Shown one piece after another: positions 55,469 to 60,868 of a stretch of 60,868 bases of DNA (positions within the stretch are counted from its first letter, which is position 1; every line of letters starts with the position of its first letter). Origin of the DNA: a virus (taxonomy: Duplodnaviria; Caudoviricetes); IMG/VR virus record IMGVR_UViG_3300037584_005633, positions 1 through 60,868 of that record; one strand, given 5' to 3'. The position numbers and the translations under genes are program-made. A model generated the notes under the pieces. That model ran no database searches. It was not told where the DNA came from and saw only the letters and a program-made list of their open reading frames with translations.

Positions 55469-56476
55469 ATGGCTGATGCACAAGAACAAGCAAAGATACA
55501 ACCTGAGGTTGAACTCGATTTAGACGATGTAAAAGAAACAGAAGTCAAAGTTGAGGAGAAACAAGAAGAATCAAAAGAACCAAATTTAAATTCTGGTGAA
55601 GTTGATTTAGGTTACACTACTTATGAAAAAGAAGATAAAGAAAAAATTGAAGTTGAACAAGTAGAGGAAAAACCTGAGGAACAAAAAGAAACTAAACTTG
55701 AAGAAAAAGATGATTTTGATGATTTATCAAAAGTATCTGATTCAGTTAAAAAAAGAATAGATAAACTTACAAGAAGATACAGAGAAGCTGAAAGAAGAGA
55801 AAAAGCTGCTTTGGATTTTGCAAAAGGTTTACAAAAAAAATATGATGATTCGGAGAGTAAATATGACTCTGCGGATGAGAAATATTTAAAAGAATTTGAT
55901 GCAAGGGTAGATGCTCAAAGAGAACAGGTAAAGAAGAAGCTCAAAGAAGCCATAGAGGCTAACGATGCTGAAGCAATCATGACAGCAAACGATGAGCTTA
56001 CGCAATTAACTGTTGAGAAAGAAAAAGCTAAAATCAAAATGGCTGATAGAGAAGCCAGATTGAAACAGCTTGAAGAGCAAAAAACTAGCGTCAAAGAAGA
56101 GCCAAAATACTCAGAACAAGATGTTGTCCCATCAGAGCCTAGTGTAAGGGCAAAAGATTGGGCATCAAAAAACACTTGGTTTGGTAACGATAAAATCATG
56201 ACCAACGCAGCAATGACTGTACACGAAGATCTAGTGGGTATGGGTGTTGATGTTGAAAGTGATGAGTATTATAATGAAATAGATAAACGAATGAAGGAAA
56301 ATTTTCCTCATCGTTTTTCAGTTTCAGAGCAACGTAGACCCGTCCAAAAAGTTGCTTCTGCTGGAAGAAATCAGCAGGGACGTAGATCTGTGAGACTCAC
56401 CAAATCACAGGTGGCTATTGCCAAAAAATTAGGGGTGCCACTAGAAGAATACGCTAAATTCGTGAAGGAGGTATAG
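55469..56476 (+). CDS. capsid scaffolding protein
   Basis: Acidic coiled coil; VKKRIDKLT, N.WFG, V.LT.SQVAIAKKLGV..EYAK; position. Confidence 0.75.
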   Translation: MADAQEQAKIQPEVELDLDDVKETEVKVEEKQEESKEPNLNSGEVDLGYTTYEKEDKEKIEVEQVEEKPEEQKETKLEEKDDFDDLSKVSDSVKKRIDKLTRRYREAERREKAALDFAKGLQKKYDDSESKYDSADEKYLKEFDARVDAQREQVKKKLKEAIEANDAEAIMTANDELTQLTVEKEKAKIKMADREARLKQLEEQKTSVKEEPKYSEQDVVPSEPSVRAKDWASKNTWFGNDKIMTNAAMTVHEDLVGMGVDVESDEYYNEIDKRMKENFPHRFSVSEQRRPVQKVASAGRNQQGRRSVRLTKSQVAIAKKLGVPLEEYAKFVKEV

Positions 56477-56477
56477 A

Positions 56478-56948
56478 ATGAGCGATAAAATAAATAGAAC
56501 TTCACGCGCATCTGAGGAAAAAAAAGAAATAAGAAATAAACCTTGGACGCCACCATCATCTCTGGATGCACCACCTGCGCCAGACGGTTTTGTTCATAGA
56601 TGGATAAGAACCGAAAGTATGGGTTTTCAGGATACTGCAAATGTATCTAAGAAAATGAGAGAAGGTTGGGAATTTGTGAGAGCCGAAGAAATTAAAAATA
56701 GATTAGGTGATCACTCTTATCCAGTCATTGCTCAGGGAACTTACGCAGGTTTGATCGGGGTTGCTGGCCTTGTGTTGGGAAGGATACCAATGGAGATCGC
56801 AAAAAGCCGTGCTGAGTATTTTAGACAAATTACTCAAGACAAAGTAGACTCGGTTGATAACGATGTACTAAAGGAACAACGACCGGAGATGCCGATGAAT
56901 ATTAGTCGACAATCTCGCGTAACTTTTGGTGGTGGAAACAAATCCTAA
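56478..56948 (+). CDS. conserved head-module protein
   Basis: WTPPSSL.AP..G..HRWIR..REGWE.V. Confidence 0.8.
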   Translation: MSDKINRTSRASEEKKEIRNKPWTPPSSLDAPPAPDGFVHRWIRTESMGFQDTANVSKKMREGWEFVRAEEIKNRLGDHSYPVIAQGTYAGLIGVAGLVLGRIPMEIAKSRAEYFRQITQDKVDSVDNDVLKEQRPEMPMNISRQSRVTFGGGNKS

Positions 56949-57003
56949 TAGTTTGGGAATATTCACTCCAAAGTAAAATAAACAATAAAAGGAGAAAACA
57001 ACT

Positions 57004-57582
57004 ATGGCTAATGTAGCTGAAAAATATGGTCTTAGACCAGTAAGAAAGTTAGATGGCTCTCCATTTATTAACGCACAAAACAGATACAGAATTGCAAGTA
57101 ACTACGGTACTGCAATTTTCCAAGGTGACTTGGTAAAACCTGTAACTGGTGGCGGAATCGAAAGAGCAGTTGCTGCTACTTCTGATAAAGTCATTGGCGT
57201 TTTTAACGGAGTGTTCTACACAGACCCTACTACTCAGAAGCCTACGTTTAAGAACCACTATCCTGGATCCGTTGTAGCGAGTGATATCGTTGCTAACGTA
57301 ATTGATGATCCAAATGTGGTCTATTCGATAGACTCTGACGGAGCGTTTGCAGTAGCAGACATCTTCAAAAACTTTGCAATAACAAACGTAACAGGAAACA
57401 CTTTAACAGGTATTTCTGAAGTTCAATTGGACTACAGTGTATCTGGTTTGACAACAAGTGGAACTGTTCTTCAAGCAATCGATATTTCGCAAGATACGCA
57501 AAATAGCGAAGCTGGAAGCGCGAATGTAGATGTGTTGGTTAGAATAAATAACCATTTCTACAGTCAAGGCACAGGCTTATAA
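57004..57582 (+). CDS. head decoration / minor capsid protein
   Basis: YGLRP..IFQGD.V..GVFNG..DDP; directly before capsid. Confidence 0.7.
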   Translation: MANVAEKYGLRPVRKLDGSPFINAQNRYRIASNYGTAIFQGDLVKPVTGGGIERAVAATSDKVIGVFNGVFYTDPTTQKPTFKNHYPGSVVASDIVANVIDDPNVVYSIDSDGAFAVADIFKNFAITNVTGNTLTGISEVQLDYSVSGLTTSGTVLQAIDISQDTQNSEAGSANVDVLVRINNHFYSQGTGL

Positions 57583-57601
57583 TAATAGGAGATTATAAAT
57601 T

Positions 57602-58510
57602 ATGGCTATATCAAGATCACAACTAGTTAAAGAACTAGAGCCAGGTTTAAATGCACTATTTGGCCTGGAATACAACAGATACGACAATGAACACGCAGAG
57701 ATCTTCACTACTGAAACTTCAGACAGAGCGTTTGAAGAAGAAGTAATGTTATCTGGCTTCGGTACTGCAGCAACTAAAGCTGAAGGTGCTATGGTCACTA
57801 TGGATCAAGCGACTGAAGCGTACACATCAAGATACACTCACAACACTGTAGCATTAGGTTTTGCTATAACTGAGGAAGCTATCGAAGATAACTTGTACGA
57901 CAGATTAGCTGGCAGATACACAAGAGCTCTTGCAAGATCAATGGCGCAATCTAAACAAATAACAGCAGCGAACGTTCTAAACAACGGTTTCGACACAGCT
58001 AACGGTGGTGACGGAAAAGCACTTATGACTACTGATCACCCATTAGCGAACGGTGGAACATTCAGAAATGAATTGTCTACTGCTTCTGACTTGTCAGAAA
58101 CTTCACTAGAACAATCGTTAATCGATATTGCTGCGTTCGTAGACGAAAGAGGACTTAAGATCGCTCTACAAGGTAGAAAATTAATAATTCCAAAAGAATT
58201 ACAATTTACTGCTGAGAGAATCATGAGATCACCTCAAAGAGTCGGAACTGCAGATAACGATATCAACGCAATGGCAAACATGGGAATGATACCAGAAGGT
58301 TACAGAGTAAATCACTTCTTAACTGACACGGATGCATTCTTCATTATGACAGATGCACCTAACGGTCTAAAACACTTTGTAAGATCGCCAATTAAAACAG
58401 CGATTGAAGGTGATTTCGACACTGGAAACGTTAGATTCAAAGCTAGAGAAAGATACAGCTTCGGCTTCTCTGACCCTAGAGGAATCTTCGGATCTCCAGG
58501 TGCTGCGTAA
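57602..58510 (+). CDS. major capsid protein (Mu gpT-like)
   Basis: MAISRSQL.KELEPGLNALFG, F.ITEEAIEDNLY, RERYSFG.SDPR; highly biased codon use. Confidence 0.92.
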   Translation: MAISRSQLVKELEPGLNALFGLEYNRYDNEHAEIFTTETSDRAFEEEVMLSGFGTAATKAEGAMVTMDQATEAYTSRYTHNTVALGFAITEEAIEDNLYDRLAGRYTRALARSMAQSKQITAANVLNNGFDTANGGDGKALMTTDHPLANGGTFRNELSTASDLSETSLEQSLIDIAAFVDERGLKIALQGRKLIIPKELQFTAERIMRSPQRVGTADNDINAMANMGMIPEGYRVNHFLTDTDAFFIMTDAPNGLKHFVRSPIKTAIEGDFDTGNVRFKARERYSFGFSDPRGIFGSPGAA

Positions 58511-58531
58511 TATCTAAGTACCTATCTATCT

Positions 58532-58564
58532 AAGGGGGCGGTGTTTTACATCGCCCCTTTTTTT
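58532..58564 (+). terminator. intrinsic terminator after capsid gene
   Basis: GGGGCGGTG/CATCGCCCC stem plus T7. Confidence 0.9.
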
Positions 58565-58580
58565 ATGTATAATATAAAAA

Positions 58581-58646
58581 CCTAGAGTAACTATTATGTC
58601 GACTGGCTAGGCAGACGGTATAGAGACGACATAACTAAAGCTATAC
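58581..58646 (+). ncRNA. doubly pseudoknotted RNA element (candidate Mu-gpT-DE motif)
   Basis: Interleaved stems CCTAG/CTAGG, TTATGTCG/CGACATAA, GTATAG/CTATAC; TATAAT upstream; RBS directly downstream. Confidence 0.7.
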
Positions 58647-58659
58647 AAAGGAGAAAATT

Positions 58660-59205
58660 ATGGCGAATACAACATTTTCGGGACCAGTACGATCGGAAAA
58701 CGGTTTTATTGGAGCAACGAAAAACTCAACAACTGGAGCTTTTACAAATAACTTCCAAATAGATTCATCTGGAAACTATGTAGGAACTCTTATGATTGGT
58801 CAAGGAACTGCTAACGTACCTTGTGCAGCAACTGCTGGAACAAACGAAGTTACATTTTCACAACCAGACAACTCAGTAATAACTTCAATTCAAATAGTTT
58901 GTACATCTGCACCAACTGTTGCATCAGGTGACATTGGTTTTAAAGTTGGAACAGCTACAGGTGGAGCACAATTAGTTGCTGCTATCACTGATCAAATTCT
59001 TGATGCTGGAACAACTGTACCTGCAGGTGCTCACTACCCTACAACTCTTTTAGATACGACTGGAAGCGATGCTTCTCCAGCTGCATCTCCAAGAGCAAAT
59101 GTAAGTGGTGCTGCAAGAAGTATTTTCTGTCAGATCACTACAACTACAACCGCATCTGCTGTTGGTAATTTTGCATTTATTATAAATTACAAACAATTTG
59201 CGTAA
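58660..59205 (+). CDS. virion structural protein (capsid-associated)
   Basis: MANTTFSGPVRSENGF start; T/A/G-rich. Confidence 0.75.
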   Translation: MANTTFSGPVRSENGFIGATKNSTTGAFTNNFQIDSSGNYVGTLMIGQGTANVPCAATAGTNEVTFSQPDNSVITSIQIVCTSAPTVASGDIGFKVGTATGGAQLVAAITDQILDAGTTVPAGAHYPTTLLDTTGSDASPAASPRANVSGAARSIFCQITTTTTASAVGNFAFIINYKQFA

Positions 59206-59215
59206 TATTAAATTA

Positions 59216-59235
59216 GTGGCTCCTACGGGAGCCAC
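59216..59235 (+). other. 8-bp hairpin with cUACGg loop between late genes
   Basis: GTGGCTCC-TACG-GGAGCCAC, no U-tract. Confidence 0.65.
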
Positions 59236-59250
59236 GTACTAGGAGAACAC

Positions 59251-59571
59251 ATGAGTTTTAAAAGTGATATACAAGCCACAAGATCTACTGCTGCGGCAGG
59301 AGCTACAGCTATTATTGAGCAACCTGTAAGACTAAGAGGAATTATAGTTGCATCAGATGGCACAGGAGCTGGAACTTTGGAACTTACAACTACATCAAAC
59401 TCTGGAACAACTTTGTTTCAAGCAGATGTACCATCTGGAGATGTTATTAATTTTAATTTTCCTGAAGATGGAATTCTTTTTCCAAAAGGACTTTTTTGTA
59501 AAACCAAAACTAAAGTGACTGCTTATACTTTGCTTACAGATAAATATTCAGGACCTGGATTAACAACGTAG
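59251..59571 (+). CDS. virion structural protein
   Basis: RLRG...PEDGILF motif. Confidence 0.75.
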   Translation: MSFKSDIQATRSTAAAGATAIIEQPVRLRGIIVASDGTGAGTLELTTTSNSGTTLFQADVPSGDVINFNFPEDGILFPKGLFCKTKTKVTAYTLLTDKYSGPGLTT

Positions 59572-59578
59572 GTTTTAA

Positions 59579-59899
59579 ATGGATTACTATGCTGACTTAG
59601 GTATAGAGATTGATGGTTTCGCTAAGGGCGGTATGCCTGCAAAGAATAAACGAAACTTTAGATCCACAAAATCAGGTGCAGGTATGACCGCTGCAGGAGT
59701 TCGTGCGTATAGACGAATGAATCCTGGTTCTAAACTTAAGACAGCAGTAACAGGTAAAGTTAAAAAAGGTTCAAAAGCTGCAAAAAGAAGAGCTTCTTAT
59801 TGTAGAAGATCAAAAGGACAAATGAAAATGCACAATATAAATTGTAGCAAAACTCCAGAGAAAAGAATTTGCGCTGCAAGAAGAAGATGGAAATGTTAG
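59579..59899 (+). CDS. basic conserved protein
   Basis: FAKGG then GAGMT.AGV..YRR.NPGSKL..RR.SYC.R..RRWKC. Confidence 0.8.
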   Translation: MDYYADLGIEIDGFAKGGMPAKNKRNFRSTKSGAGMTAAGVRAYRRMNPGSKLKTAVTGKVKKGSKAAKRRASYCRRSKGQMKMHNINCSKTPEKRICAARRRWKC

Positions 59900-60030
59900 A
59901 ATTTTTAAAAAAAATACTTGGAATTAATAAATTAGAATATAAAATTAGATTGTTAGAAAGAAAAGAATATTGGAGGACAAAATATAAACATGGCATATCT
60001 GAACGCAAACTTACCTCCAATATACTGTAA
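59893..60030 (+). CDS. possible 45-aa peptide (not in track)
   Basis: MLEFLKKILGINKLEYKIRLLERKEYW. Confidence 0.5.
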   Translation: MLEFLKKILGINKLEYKIRLLERKEYWRTKYKHGISERKLTSNIL

Positions 60031-60703
60031 AGTTAGAAAGGAGTATCTTTATGATTTACAAAAACATCATGGCGAAAGTGAAGACTGTGTTGTCTTCGGT
60101 CTTACATCCATATCAGGACGTGCGATCTTATTTAATATCATGCTTCCAAACGGTGCATGCTTTTGGCGTTTACCTATATCAGCATTTTTTCAAAAAAATT
60201 TTGATAGATCCAATGTGCCAGATATGCAAACGAATGAATTGGAATTGTGGAATAGTTTTAGTTATTGGCCTGCTATTACTTGTTTTGATTGGCTGGATGG
60301 TGTGAACGGAAAATTTTTAGGTTTAGATAAAAAATTTTATCATGGAAAATATTTATTTACAATTGATTGGGCTCATCCAGACGTCAACATCTTGGATACT
60401 GAACATTCTGAAATACCTCAAGAACATAAGTGTGCGCATATATTGGCTCTTAATAACGGGAATTATGCAGCTCAGCCTAATAATCGTATTTTGTGGCACA
60501 TTAATAGTTATACTACTGATAACAGCTGGCCAGACTACAAAGTTCAAAACACATATTGGGACGCAGAGGATAATGACATGGTTACAGAAGATTCGGACAA
60601 AATGTTTTATGAAATGGAAAAAAAAGAACAAACCTTAAGTGAAATGTTAGAAGAAGGTTTTAAAAAAGAACAAGAAAGAGATGAGGATCAAACTTACGAA
60701 TGA
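59990..60703 (+). CDS. conserved hypothetical protein
   Basis: YLNAN.PP..RKEYLYD..RLPISAF..YLFTIDW..EHKCAH..QPNNR. Confidence 0.8.
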   Translation: MAYLNANLPPIYCKVRKEYLYDLQKHHGESEDCVVFGLTSISGRAILFNIMLPNGACFWRLPISAFFQKNFDRSNVPDMQTNELELWNSFSYWPAITCFDWLDGVNGKFLGLDKKFYHGKYLFTIDWAHPDVNILDTEHSEIPQEHKCAHILALNNGNYAAQPNNRILWHINSYTTDNSWPDYKVQNTYWDAEDNDMVTEDSDKMFYEMEKKEQTLSEMLEEGFKKEQERDEDQTYE

Positions 60704-60868
60704 CCAATAAACCACTCAACATCGGAGAAGAGGCACGTGTACAGATGCCGATGAAAACGGTTGCTAGCCTGATCGTGCTCGTCGCAATGGGTGTGTTCGC
60801 TTATACGGAGCTGACGGCGAGGTTGGTATCGTTAGAGACATCACGTGAATTATTTCAAAATGATTTGC
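60700..60868 (+). CDS. N-terminal part of gene continuing at position 94 to 308
   Basis: MTNKPLNIGEEARVQMPMKTVASLIVLVAMGVF; ATGA coupling. Confidence 0.8.
   Translation, partial: MTNKPLNIGEEARVQMPMKTVASLIVLVAMGVFAYTELTARLVSLETSRELFQNDL
60776..60868. repeat. 93-bp terminal direct repeat, copy 2
   Basis: Identical to 1-93. Confidence 0.95.

Noticed and set aside
59216-59235. Hairpin as an intrinsic terminator
   Set aside because: No U-tract on either strand; more likely an mRNA-stabilising or processing hairpin
60051-60638. Two +1-frame ORFs inside 59990-60703
   Set aside because: Interrupted by a stop and without recognisable motifs, unlike the methyltransferase case

Overview
The window is an apparently complete, circularly assembled genome of a ~60.8 kb, AT-rich tailed dsDNA phage. 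Bases 1-93 equal bases 60776-60868 and one ORF runs across the join. Gene content fits a marine podovirus-like phage of the kind infecting SAR11/Pelagibacter (HTVC023P/uvMED-like; this is recalled from gene content, not from a search). Modules: lysis (M15 peptidase, holin-like genes); tail/adaptor/fibre and injected proteins (4.7-26.3 kb); replication (PD-(D/E)XK exonuclease, SNF2 helicase, AEP primase, UvrD helicase, family-A polymerase with Leu762); a DNA-modification block (C5-methyltransferase, PAPS-reductase-like, DUF3310); many small early genes; TerS/TerL, portal, GroES, scaffold and Mu-gpT-like capsid. About nine 2OG-Fe(II) dioxygenases, two glycosyltransferases and a SAM methyltransferase are accessory. 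I saw no integrase, RNA polymerase, tRNA or CRISPR array. The most unusual signals are: (1) a C5-methyltransferase locus coding in two frames over ~880 nt, with a three-repeat recognition region plus motif IX in the +1 frame; (2) two candidate promoter-driven antisense sRNAs that resemble anti-RBS sequences; (3) a doubly pseudoknotted RNA after the capsid gene; (4) a recurrent hydrophobic-x-x-G-G tag in many small late proteins; (5) GC-rich bipartite repeats and a CTAGGA iteron cluster around the split terminase locus; (6) an unannotated ArfA-like micro-ORF. All calls come from reading motifs by eye.
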